This document shows positions 1 to 8,612 of a stretch of DNA of 64,000 nt, piece by piece (positions within the stretch are counted from its first letter, which is position 1; each line of letters begins with the position of its first letter). Origin of the DNA: an uncultured delta proteobacterium (lineage in GTDB: Bacteria; Myxococcota_A; Polyangia; Polyangiales; Polyangiaceae); assembly GCA_963782055.1 (NCBI GenBank), contig CAWAIF010000003.1, positions 4,288,001-4,352,000 on the forward strand, written 5' to 3'. The notes under the pieces were generated by a model. That model saw only the letters and a list, made by a program, of their open reading frames with translations. It ran no database searches and was not told the origin of the DNA. The position numbers and the translations under genes are program-made.

Positions 1-1
1 C

Positions 2-121
2 GCGCCCGGGCGGCTGCTGACGGATCGGGGGACGGTGTTTCGCGCCGAGGTCTTCGAGGAGCTGCTGCGCGCCCGCGGCGTCGCGCACGCGCTGATCAGG
101 CCGTGTCACCCGTGGACGAAC
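2..121 (+). pseudogene. Integrase-core (rve/DDE) transposase fragment, truncated
   Basis: Frame from nt 2 reads APGRLLTDRGTVFRAEVFEELLRARGVAHALIRPCHPWTN, the TDxG...F...G(I/V)xH..IRP..PWTN pattern of IS3/IS481-type cores. The expected GxxER segment does not follow. Runs off the window's left edge. Confidence 0.7.
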
Positions 122-337
122 GCCCAAGCACACCCCGCCGAGGGCCGCCCCGTGCCGCTCACCAGCCTCCCCGAATGGCGCGCTCGCGCGCCATTCCTGG
201 GGAGGGGCGCCACGCGCAGGGCTCGCGCGCAAGACTTCGTGCGGGCCGGAGTCAGGGCATCACGCACCCGCGGGCGGCACGCGCGAAGTCGAGCACGAGC
301 CCGAGCATGGCGCCCGGAGGGGCACCCACCCTCCTCC

Positions 338-1795
338 TCAATGCGGCGGCTGGATCGGCGCCTTCTTCTCGCTCTGCACGCACGAGGACAGGTCGAAGAA
401 GAGGAACTCCAGCGCGTTGAGGTTCGGCTGGTAGTCGGGGTCCTGGTCGGCGCAGAAGCCGCTCGGCGTCCCGGCGACGTGGACGTCGGAGAAGACCGCG
501 CGCCCGCACTGCTGATCCTCCGGCGCGTTCACCGGGGTGTTGAAGGAGAGGTAGAGCGTCGAGTAGTCGCTGTTCGGGTTCCCGTCGCCCGGGTCGGTGG
601 TGTAGATCCAGCGCGTCGCCTTGTCGCCGGCGACCATGTCGACGTCGCCGCGGGTGTCGCGCAGGTCGAGCTCGCCGGGCGTGCCGCCCGGCTGCACGTT
701 CTGGATCCAGGTGGCGAACGCCTTCCCCTTGGGGAAGCTCTGGTCGATGACGTACGGCGGCGAGTAGTGGACCGAGCCGTCGTTGCCCGCCCAGTTGGCC
801 ACGCCGTTGAAGTCCGCGGGGCCGCGGCACGTCGGATCGTCCCCGCTGCGCGCGCACTGCGCCTCGTTGGCGAAGAAGTTGTACGCGAAGTGGGTGCTGA
901 AGAAGCGCCCGCCGGAGTTCACGTAGTCCTCCACGTTCTGGTAGCCGCTCTGCCCCCGGTCGTGGGTCGCGCCCTCGCACGACATGAACACCAGGTCGTA
1001 CTGGTCGAGCGTCGGGGCGTCGTTGAACAGGGTGGAGGACGGGCCGTACGCGTACGGGCGCGCCGTCTCGCCGCCGACGCCGTCGTAGATCTGCACGCGG
1101 CCGCCCTTGTCGAACTCCTGCGGGTCGATGCCGATGGTGTTCATGATGAAGCACTCGCCGTAGTCGGCCGCGCCGGTGGTCACCGCCATGAGCGGGATGT
1201 TGTCGTCGGGCGAGCCCTCGTGCTGGCGGCGCGGCAGCCGCATGATCTGCTCGTGCGCCTTGTCGTGCGGGTCCAGCTTGGTGTTGAAGTGGTTGTCCTC
1301 GGCCACCTTCACGAAGGGCATGTCGATGACGCGCCGCCACTTGCCGAGCTGCATCACCAGCGGCACGTGCGCGCCGTCGGGCACGTCGTTGATGATGAAG
1401 TGCCCGTTCTCGTCGGTCGTGGCCGCCACGAGCGGCTTGCCGGAGGCGGGCGCCTGGCACGGCGTGCACACCGGGCCCGTCGTGATCGGGTCGAGCGGTG
1501 CGTTGGGCACGTAGACGAACACGTTGTACAGCGGCAGGGTGCCCTTGGGGTCGTAAACGGTGCCGCTCACGCGGGTGCCGCGGTCGTGCTGGCGACACTG
1601 CAGGTTGACGCACCCGGGGGGCGGCCCGCCGTCCCAGCCCGCGCCGAAGCCGGGGTCGCCGCCGCCCGGCCCCCCGGCCCCCCCGCCGGAGGAGCCGTCG
1701 CCGGGGACGCTGCCGCACGCGACGCACGCGAGCACGAGCAGCACGACGAGGGACAGGACGAGTCCGGGGCGGGTGACGAGGTGCGTGCGGTTCAT
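338..1795 (-). CDS. Secreted Cys-rich lipoprotein with carboxypeptidase-regulatory-like domain (myxobacterial family)
   Basis: Start MNRTHL; signal peptide with lipobox-like LACVAC; Gly-rich linker; SGTVYDPKGTLPLYNVFVYVPN; C-terminal ALEFLFFDLSSCVQ. Confidence 0.75.
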   Translation of the reverse strand: MNRTHLVTRPGLVLSLVVLLVLACVACGSVPGDGSSGGGAGGPGGGDPGFGAGWDGGPPPGCVNLQCRQHDRGTRVSGTVYDPKGTLPLYNVFVYVPNAPLDPITTGPVCTPCQAPASGKPLVAATTDENGHFIINDVPDGAHVPLVMQLGKWRRVIDMPFVKVAEDNHFNTKLDPHDKAHEQIMRLPRRQHEGSPDDNIPLMAVTTGAADYGECFIMNTIGIDPQEFDKGGRVQIYDGVGGETARPYAYGPSSTLFNDAPTLDQYDLVFMSCEGATHDRGQSGYQNVEDYVNSGGRFFSTHFAYNFFANEAQCARSGDDPTCRGPADFNGVANWAGNDGSVHYSPPYVIDQSFPKGKAFATWIQNVQPGGTPGELDLRDTRGDVDMVAGDKATRWIYTTDPGDGNPNSDYSTLYLSFNTPVNAPEDQQCGRAVFSDVHVAGTPSGFCADQDPDYQPNLNALEFLFFDLSSCVQSEKKAPIQPPH

Positions 1796-1911
1796 GACAG
1801 TCTCCAGTGTGGGAAGTGCGTGGTCTGCGTACCCGTCAATCCGCAGGAGGGAAGCGCGACGCGTAGCGGAGCGCCCGCGTAGGCAGGGCGGCGCGTGCCG
1901 CCCCTGCGGGA

Positions 1912-3930
1912 TCAGTGGTACTTGCAGCCGGTGATCTCGTCGTGGCCGTCGGCGCTCATCTCGCGGCCGCCACCCTTCTCGCAGAGCAGGATGTCGCGCT
2001 GGCCGTCGTTGGCGTACAGCTCGTCGAAGCCGTCGCCGCCGTGCAGCACGTCGTTGCCGGCCTCGCCGTAGATCTTGTCGTTGTCGCCCAGGCCGAACAG
2101 CTCGTCGTCGCCGCCCAGGCCGTGGATCTCGTCGTCGCCCTGCCGGCCCCAGATGATGTTGCCGTTGTCGTTGCCGTAGAGCACGTCGTCCGCGGACGAG
2201 CCCTCCAGCACCTCCAGGTCGGGGTGGAGCGTGGTGCCCTGGCTCGCGTCGCAGTAGGCGCCGTTGTACTTGTTGCTCTGCGGGTTGTAGGCGTGCCCGT
2301 AGAAGGCCGTCTTGATGGAGGGGTTGTCGCCCCACTGCGCGAGCTGCGCCCAGAGGGGGAGCTTGCCGCTGCGGGCGAAGCCGGCGATGTCCACGCCCGC
2401 GCCGCCGGAGTACTCGTGGCCGCCGCAGGGGAAGTCGCTGACGAGCTGGTCGTTGCCGTCGCCGCCGAAGAGGTGATCGGCGCCGTCGGTGTAGGTCACC
2501 TGCCCCTTGAGCTTGGCCCGGTTGATGGTGAGCTCGCTCTCGCTGAGCAGCGCGTCATCGCCGCCGTTGCCGTACAGCCAGTCGTTGCCGGTGACGCCGC
2601 TGAAGATGACGTCCTGCTCGTCGCCGCCGGTCAGGACGTCGTTGTCCCTGCCGCCGTTGATGTGCCCCGTGAAGTCGCGCGGGAAGTTGCCCTGCAGCGT
2701 GATGTGGTCCGCGCCGTCGCCGCCGTACGCCGCGACGTAGCGCAGGGTGTGCGGGACGTCGCAGATGACGTTGCTCTGGCCCTTCTGGTGACAGAGCTTG
2801 CCGATGGCGTCCAGCTTGGTGCCGTCGTTGCCGTTCACCTCGATGCGCTTGCCGTTCGGGTGGATGACGAGGTGGTCCTTGTCGGTCGTCCCCATCACCA
2901 CGAGGCCGAAGTCGCGGGCGTGGTTGTCGACCATGACCGCCACGTGCCCGGCGGCGGGCGCGGCGCCCGGCTTGCCGAAGGGCTGGCCGTGGAAGGTGTC
3001 GTGCCCCTCGCCGTCGACGACGTCCGCCTTGCTCGGCACGTCGAACTTGTCGTCGCCGAAGCCGCCCACGAACTTGTGGTTCTCGTGCGCGGAGATGAAG
3101 TGGTCGTTGTACGGGGAGCCGACGATCACCTCGATGTCGTCGAGCGGCTCGTTCTTGCCGTCGCCGTAGGCGCAGCCCTGGTGGTGGGCCTGCGTGGGAT
3201 CGTCCTTCTGGATGCACGGGTCGTTGAAGTTGACGATCTCGCCGTCGATGCCGTCCATGGCGTGGTCGAAGCCCGGCTCGGGGTCGCCCGGGGGCATCGC
3301 CGTCATGAAGCTGGCGACGTCGGTGCCGGGCCCGCCGAAGAAGGAGTCGTTGCCGGTGTCGCCGCGAAGGTAGTCGTTGCCCTCGCCGCCGTGCATGACG
3401 TCGGTGCCGTGACCGCCGATGAGCAGGTCGTCGCCGGAGTCGCCCCAGAGGGTGTCGTCGAGCAGGTCGCCGTAGAGGATGTCGTCGCCCGCGCCGCCGT
3501 GGATGTCGTCGCCGCCGGCGCGCCCGTGGATCACGTCGTCGCCGTCGCCGCCGTAGATGGTGTCGTTGCCGGCGCCCCCGTCGATGTAGTCGTCGCCCGA
3601 GCCGCCGTGGATCTCGTCGGCGCCGCCGCGCGCGCAGATGATGTCGTTGCCGCCGTTGCCCCAGATGACGTCGTGGGCGTCGGTGCCGATGATGACGTCG
3701 GGGCCGTTGGTGCCCACGAAGACGTGATCGTTGTTGGTGTCGTGGACGGTGGCCTTGAGGTTGGGGTCGGCGCAGGGGTCGGACTTCCAGACGGGGGGCC
3801 CGCCGCCGCCGCCGTTGTTGAGGGCCTCGGGGGTCTGGTCGGTGACGTCCTCCTGCGGGGCGCCGGAGCAGCCGGCGAAGACGACGGCGGCGACGAGCAG
3901 GGCGAGGGGGGTGAGCGTCCGAACGTTCAT
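1912..3930 (-). CDS. Lipoprotein with RTX/hemolysin-type Ca-binding GGxGxDxL repeats
   Basis: Lipobox VFAGC; many GGxGxD nonapeptide repeats in several blocks. Confidence 0.85.
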   Translation of the reverse strand: MNVRTLTPLALLVAAVVFAGCSGAPQEDVTDQTPEALNNGGGGGPPVWKSDPCADPNLKATVHDTNNDHVFVGTNGPDVIIGTDAHDVIWGNGGNDIICARGGADEIHGGSGDDYIDGGAGNDTIYGGDGDDVIHGRAGGDDIHGGAGDDILYGDLLDDTLWGDSGDDLLIGGHGTDVMHGGEGNDYLRGDTGNDSFFGGPGTDVASFMTAMPPGDPEPGFDHAMDGIDGEIVNFNDPCIQKDDPTQAHHQGCAYGDGKNEPLDDIEVIVGSPYNDHFISAHENHKFVGGFGDDKFDVPSKADVVDGEGHDTFHGQPFGKPGAAPAAGHVAVMVDNHARDFGLVVMGTTDKDHLVIHPNGKRIEVNGNDGTKLDAIGKLCHQKGQSNVICDVPHTLRYVAAYGGDGADHITLQGNFPRDFTGHINGGRDNDVLTGGDEQDVIFSGVTGNDWLYGNGGDDALLSESELTINRAKLKGQVTYTDGADHLFGGDGNDQLVSDFPCGGHEYSGGAGVDIAGFARSGKLPLWAQLAQWGDNPSIKTAFYGHAYNPQSNKYNGAYCDASQGTTLHPDLEVLEGSSADDVLYGNDNGNIIWGRQGDDEIHGLGGDDELFGLGDNDKIYGEAGNDVLHGGDGFDELYANDGQRDILLCEKGGGREMSADGHDEITGCKYH

Positions 3931-3957
3931 GGTGTGGGCCTCCGGGGAGGGCACTAC

Positions 3958-3972
3958 GCAATGAGCGTGCCC
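3958..3972 (-). promoter_or_regulatory. Putative sigma54 -24/-12 promoter of the RTX lipoprotein gene
   Basis: Minus strand reads GGGCACGCTCATTGC (GG-N10-GC; consensus TGGCACG-N4-TTGC), about 30 nt upstream of the ATG. Confidence 0.65.
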
Positions 3973-4094
3973 TCGCGAGGGGGCGCGATTTCGCGGGATT
4001 TCGCGGGGCGGGCGGGGGATTGGGGACCGGGAGGAGACCGCGGGGGACCTGGGGGCGGCGGCGCCGGGGGTGGGGGTGGAGTGACCAGCGCGGG

Positions 4095-5354
4095 CTACTT
4101 GCTCCGCAACCCGTGCTTCCTCAGCAGCTCCCGCAGGTGGTGCCGCTCCACCCCCGACACGATCGACGCGCGCGAGAGGTTGTCCCCCACGCGCCGGAGC
4201 AGCGCCTCCAGGTAGCGCCGCTCGAAGTCGTCGACCACCGAGCGCTTCGCCTCCTTGAAGGCCTCGACCTCGCCGCCGCCCGCCTTGTCGTGGCGCGTGG
4301 ACAGCACGCGCTCGAAGGCGAGGTCGGCGGCGGTGATGGTGGCGCCGGTGGCGATCATCGCGGCGCGCTCGACGACCGCGCGCAGCTCGCGCACGTCGCC
4401 GCGGTACTCGCGGCGGGCCAGCTCCTCCATCGCCTCCGGCGCGATGCGGCGGGCGGCGTGGACCTCCTGCGGCAAGGCCTGGACGAAGTGCAGCGCCAGC
4501 ATGGAGACGTCCTCCGGGCGCTCGGCGAGGGCGGGGATGGCGGCGCGCGCCTGCGCGATGCGCACGTAGAGGTCCTCGCGGAAGCGACCCTGGTTGACCG
4601 CCGCGCGCAGCGCGCCCTTCGACGCGGCGATGACGCGCGGACGCGGGGTGCGTTCGAGCGCGCGCTCCAGGCGGCCCTGCGCGGCGAGGTCGAGCTCGCT
4701 CACGTCGTCCAGGAAGAGCGTGCCGCCCTGGGCGGCGGCGAGCACGCCGTTGTCGCCCTCGAAGAGCTCGTCCTGCATGGCGATGGGCATGGCCACGCAG
4801 TCGAGCACCACGAAGGGGCCCTCGGCGACGCGGCTGGCGGCGTGCACGGCGCGCGCGGCGGTCTCCTTGCCGGAGCCGGGCGGGCCCTCGATCAGCAGCG
4901 CGAGGTCCGTGGAGGCGAGGCGGGCGAGCCAGGCGAAGAGCGCCTGCATCGCTGAGCTGGCGCCGAGCATGGGGCCGAAGCTGGCGAGCATCGTCCGGGG
5001 CGCGTCGCCCGCGGCGTCCTCGTGCTCCACGCGGATGGCCGTGGAGCCGAGGGTGAGGACCGCGCCGAGGGGAACGACCGCGCGCTCCAGCCGGGCGCCC
5101 TCGAAGGAGGTGCCGTTGCGGCTCTCCAGATCGTGCACCGAGACGCCGTCGCCCGTCGCGCGCAGCTCGGCGTGGAAGGAGGACACGGAGGGGTCGGTGA
5201 GGCGCAGGTCTGCCTGGCGCGCGCGGCCCACGACGGCGACCTCGCCCGCGACGCTGCCACCCACGTCGGGGCCGGCGACGACGGTGACCTTGATGCGCCG
5301 GGGGGCGAGCCTGGCCGCCCGCTGGGCGAGGGTGAGGGTGTCTCCTTCGTGCAT
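4095..5354 (-). CDS. FHA-domain sigma54-interacting (NtrC/Fis-type) regulator lacking GAFTGA
   Basis: FHA motifs VGR, VSSFH, DLESRNGT; Walker A GPPGSGKE; FLDDV; FREDLYVR; GDVRELR; C-terminal Fis HTH. Confidence 0.85.
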   Translation of the reverse strand: MHEGDTLTLAQRAARLAPRRIKVTVVAGPDVGGSVAGEVAVVGRARQADLRLTDPSVSSFHAELRATGDGVSVHDLESRNGTSFEGARLERAVVPLGAVLTLGSTAIRVEHEDAAGDAPRTMLASFGPMLGASSAMQALFAWLARLASTDLALLIEGPPGSGKETAARAVHAASRVAEGPFVVLDCVAMPIAMQDELFEGDNGVLAAAQGGTLFLDDVSELDLAAQGRLERALERTPRPRVIAASKGALRAAVNQGRFREDLYVRIAQARAAIPALAERPEDVSMLALHFVQALPQEVHAARRIAPEAMEELARREYRGDVRELRAVVERAAMIATGATITAADLAFERVLSTRHDKAGGGEVEAFKEAKRSVVDDFERRYLEALLRRVGDNLSRASIVSGVERHHLRELLRKHGLRSK

Positions 5355-5417
5355 CCCCTCATCTTATGCGAAGCGGGCGCCGCCCCGCGCGCGATGCTGC
5401 GTGATAGATTCGAGCGC

Positions 5418-6161
5418 GTGAGAGTCCCGGCGATGCTCGCGCTCCTGCTCGTCGCGGGCTGCACCTACGACTTCGACCGCTTCGACGCGGCGGGCGGGGG
5501 CGACGGCGGGGCCGGTGGCCCGTGCAATCCCGCGTCGTGCCCCGGGCACCTGTGCACCGACGGCGCGTGCGCCGACTACGGCTCGTGCAAGGCGCTGCTC
5601 GCCGGCAGCCCCGGCGTCGCCTCCGGCGTGTACGAGATCGCCACCGCGAGCGGGGCGTTCAAGGCCTACTGCGACATGACCACCTCCGGCGGCGGCTGGA
5701 CGCTGGCCGGCCGTAGCGTGGCGTCCGCCTCGAAGAACGACACCTTCGGCTGGATCGTGCAGCGCGGGACCCCCGACGACGACACGCAGGCCTACAGCCT
5801 GGACCCCATCGACCGGAAGCTGAGCTTCACCGAGGTGCTGGTGGGCAGCGTGGCGAGCGGCAAGGCTTTCGCCAACGCCTACGTCGTCACCGTGCCGAAG
5901 GACCTGACCGGCTGCCTCACCCAGGCGTGCGGCACCTCCAACGGCGCGGTCGCCGCCGGGAGCTGCAGCCCGGCGACAGGGAGCACCCCCAGCATGCTGC
6001 GCAACCTCGGCTTCACCAGCCAGAACCGCGGCTTCTTCATGCACGACACCGGCACCCAGGCGAGCTACGGCCTGCTGGCGAACGGCTTCTCCCTCTTCTA
6101 CGCCACCTGCAACGAGGGCGGCCTGCTGGACGGCCAGCAGGGCATGATCTTCGTCCGGTAG
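5418..6161 (+). CDS. Lipoprotein with fibrinogen-like YCDxxxxGGGW domain
   Basis: Lipobox LVAGC; AYCDMTTSGGGWTL. Start is GTG 5418 or ATG 5433. Confidence 0.8.
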   Translation: MRVPAMLALLLVAGCTYDFDRFDAAGGGDGGAGGPCNPASCPGHLCTDGACADYGSCKALLAGSPGVASGVYEIATASGAFKAYCDMTTSGGGWTLAGRSVASASKNDTFGWIVQRGTPDDDTQAYSLDPIDRKLSFTEVLVGSVASGKAFANAYVVTVPKDLTGCLTQACGTSNGAVAAGSCSPATGSTPSMLRNLGFTSQNRGFFMHDTGTQASYGLLANGFSLFYATCNEGGLLDGQQGMIFVR

Positions 6162-6216
6162 AGGCTGTCCGGCCGGCCGCGGCTCGGCCGTCGGTCCCCT
6201 CGGCCGCGCGTCCCGC

Positions 6217-6245
6217 TTGACGGACCGCGGGCCGAAAAGTATGTG
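6217..6245 (+). promoter_or_regulatory. Putative sigma70-type promoter of the tRNA
   Basis: TTGACG-N17-TATGTG ending 15 nt upstream of the tRNA. Confidence 0.45.
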
Positions 6246-6260
6246 TGCGGTCCCGATTTT

Positions 6261-6336
6261 TCCGGCTTAGCTCAGTTGGTAGAGCAGGCGGCTGTTAACC
6301 GCCGGGTCGCAGGTTCGAGTCCTGCAGCCGGAGCCA
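6261..6336 (+). tRNA. tRNA-Asn (GTT)
   Basis: Full cloverleaf: acceptor TCCGGCT/AGCCGGA, D-arm AGCTCAGTTGGTAGAGC, anticodon arm GGCGG-CTGTTAA-CCGCC, T-loop GGTTCGAGTCC, encoded CCA. Confidence 0.98.
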
Positions 6337-6394
6337 CTTTTACCCGTGCGCGAACGCCCCGGACCGGGTGGTCGACGACGACGGTGGCGAAGAA

Positions 6395-6424
6395 CGCCGA
6401 GGGAAGCCTCGGCGCTCTTTCTTT
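6395..6424 (+). terminator. Intrinsic terminator after tRNA-Asn
   Basis: CGCCGAGG-GAAG-CCTCGGCG hairpin followed by CTCTTTCTTT. Confidence 0.7.
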
Positions 6425-6513
6425 GTCGTCCGCGATGGTGGCGCCCAGCGGGCCGCCGGGGGCCCTCTCTCAGCATGCTGCGGGCGCGAGGGCCGAGACG
6501 GTTTACAGCGGCT

Positions 6514-6551
6514 GCTAACCGCCGGGGCGAGCCGAGAACCCGGTGGTTAGC
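6514..6551. other. 13-bp hairpin overlapping the stop codon of the last defence-operon gene
   Basis: GCTAACCGCCGGG-N12-CCCGGTGGTTAGC, with one G-U pair on the + strand. Confidence 0.6.
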
Positions 6552-7026
6552 TGCGCGTCCCCTCCTGCGGTCGTGGCCGTCCCGTCTCCGGGTCGATCTG
6601 CTTCACGAGATGGTCGGTGATCTTGAACATGCTCTCGACCTCGCCGGCGAACTGCTTCTGGAAGTACTCGGCGGGGCTGGCGCAGCCGGCATCCCGCGCC
6701 GCCTGTTCGTAGTTGCCGTGGAGGAGCGTGTTGCGGACCGCCGAGACCTTCTTGATGCCCTCCTCCTGGTCCCCCCACGGAAGCCGGATGAGCCCCTTGC
6801 TCACTCCCTTTTGGAGCAGGTTGAAGAGGGTGTCCTTCTCGCCGGCATCCGCGCCCAAGACCGCGCGGACGAAGCGCTCGAGGGACAAGCAGACGAGCGC
6901 CGCCTCTGCGAAGAACAGGAGGCCGTCCTGCGGATCGCCGTCCTTGAACCCCAGGTTGTGTTGGCGGAGCAGCATGAGCTCGCGCAAGAGGTGCTGGAAC
7001 TCGGGGTGGTCCTCTTTGAATCCCAT
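6547..7026 (-). CDS. Putative HEPN-domain RNase
   Basis: 159 aa, apparently helical, with upstream LERFVR and an RxxxxH motif (VRNTLLHGN). Confidence 0.65.
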   Translation of the reverse strand: MGFKEDHPEFQHLLRELMLLRQHNLGFKDGDPQDGLLFFAEAALVCLSLERFVRAVLGADAGEKDTLFNLLQKGVSKGLIRLPWGDQEEGIKKVSAVRNTLLHGNYEQAARDAGCASPAEYFQKQFAGEVESMFKITDHLVKQIDPETGRPRPQEGTRS

Positions 7027-7031
7027 TGCTC

Positions 7032-8606
7032 TTACCTACTCTCCGTTCGGGTCACCCAGCGCCGGAGGTGTTCGACGAGGTGCTCGAGCCCGTCACCGGG
7101 TACGAGGGGAATGGCGCCGACCGCCCCAGGCTCCGGTCCGCCGATCGCAAACTGCTCCGCCTCGTCGCCGGGGTAGAGCACGAAAGCCGTCTGCACCGCC
7201 GGAAGCGCATCGCGGTACGCGTGCATCTTGGCGATGTCGCTCCACTTGAACGACTTCGATTCGTCCTGCTCGAGCCCCGCCGCCCCACTGCGTTCGATTC
7301 GCAGCTTTGCGTCGAGGACGTGCATCGTATCGACGGCTCCTGCGCGGACCCGGACCACGACATCAGGACGAAGCTGCAGCGAGGCCGAGCGCCTGGCATC
7401 GTGGTGTGCCTGGCTGAAGGTGAGGTTGTAGTAGACAGCCACGTCCTCACCCCAGGCCACGCGGAGCCCCCAGGGTAGATCCACTTGAACGTCGTCCACG
7501 CGCGGGCGCTCTGCGGAATCGGGAGGCCTCCCGAGCACCTGCTCCACGGCGCGCACGACGGCGAAGAAGCACCAGAGCTCGTACAGGGCTGCGACGTCCT
7601 TCATGCCGAGCAGGCGTGAGAGAACATCGTCGGTTGGTAGCCGCGTCGCGGCTCGGAGGAGCAGGTGGTGTCGAAAGACGTCGCGGTATCCACGTCGTCT
7701 TTGGAGCACGGAGGACGCGGCGGGCACGTGAGAGAGGCGGCCAACGTTCTCCCAAAGGGAGTGATCGCGTATCGGTCGCAGAGCTCGTCGCATGTCTCGG
7801 CAGTCGAGACCGACGCGGGCCCAGAACGGGCTTCCCCCTGGGCGAGCGCGAGCCAGCGCATCGACCCGCTCCACGATCTCGGCGAGCTGGCCGAGGAAGG
7901 CTTGGACGAAGCGATTCTCAGCTGTGTCGACCGAGTGGAGGACTCGCGGGACGTCGACGTGCGTTGGAAGATGCCCGCGAAGCGTCTGAGCGAGCGCAAG
8001 CCCACGCGCGGCGCCGCGCGCGCGCTCCATCGGCTCTGCTCCCGCGGCCAGGCGCGCGACGGAACGGGCGTCCACACGTCGGGCATCCGCAAGGCCGACT
8101 CGATCTCGCTCCGCTTCAAACCGCCGATGCGGATCGGCGAGAATCGCCGCCATCGACGAAGCGAGGCCCGTGTCGCGCGGTCCGAGAATCAGCTGCCGCG
8201 CGTAGAGGAACGCGTGCATGAGGATCGCGTTGTTCGCAACGAGCGTGCGATCATGGGGCAGGCCCGCGCTCTGATCTGCGGCATAGGGCAGCGCGAGCGC
8301 GACCTCCGTGAGCTCCGTGAGGAGCGCGTCGAACGTGTCCTCTCCCCACTTTCCGCATTGTACGAAGAGCGTGCCGAGACGGCCCACGGCGAACCGACCT
8401 ACCGAGTTGCCAAAACGAAGCAGGAGGGCGCCCTCCGAGATCCTCTCGGCGTGGCCCGGCCCCACGGCCTCCGCGAGCGCGGCTATCTCCGGGACCACTC
8501 CCGACACGATCCACTCGATCTCTCCACGGACGCGGAGAGCCGACGGAAGGTCCTCCGGTGTGACTCCGCGAGCGCGCGAGCGAAACGAGAGCGTGCCGAG
8601 AGCCAT
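7032..8606 (-). CDS. DUF2357 + PD-(D/E)XK nuclease (McrC-like partner)
   Basis: VDTAENRFV, LYELWCFF, LRPDVV...LDAKLR, DIAKMHAYRDAL. Confidence 0.85.
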   Translation of the reverse strand: MALGTLSFRSRARGVTPEDLPSALRVRGEIEWIVSGVVPEIAALAEAVGPGHAERISEGALLLRFGNSVGRFAVGRLGTLFVQCGKWGEDTFDALLTELTEVALALPYAADQSAGLPHDRTLVANNAILMHAFLYARQLILGPRDTGLASSMAAILADPHRRFEAERDRVGLADARRVDARSVARLAAGAEPMERARGAARGLALAQTLRGHLPTHVDVPRVLHSVDTAENRFVQAFLGQLAEIVERVDALARARPGGSPFWARVGLDCRDMRRALRPIRDHSLWENVGRLSHVPAASSVLQRRRGYRDVFRHHLLLRAATRLPTDDVLSRLLGMKDVAALYELWCFFAVVRAVEQVLGRPPDSAERPRVDDVQVDLPWGLRVAWGEDVAVYYNLTFSQAHHDARRSASLQLRPDVVVRVRAGAVDTMHVLDAKLRIERSGAAGLEQDESKSFKWSDIAKMHAYRDALPAVQTAFVLYPGDEAEQFAIGGPEPGAVGAIPLVPGDGLEHLVEHLRRWVTRTESR

Positions 8607-8612
8607 CGCCCG

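Noticed and set aside
3980..4090. G-run-rich stretch (possible G-quadruplex)
   Set aside because: Expected by chance at this GC content; no independent support
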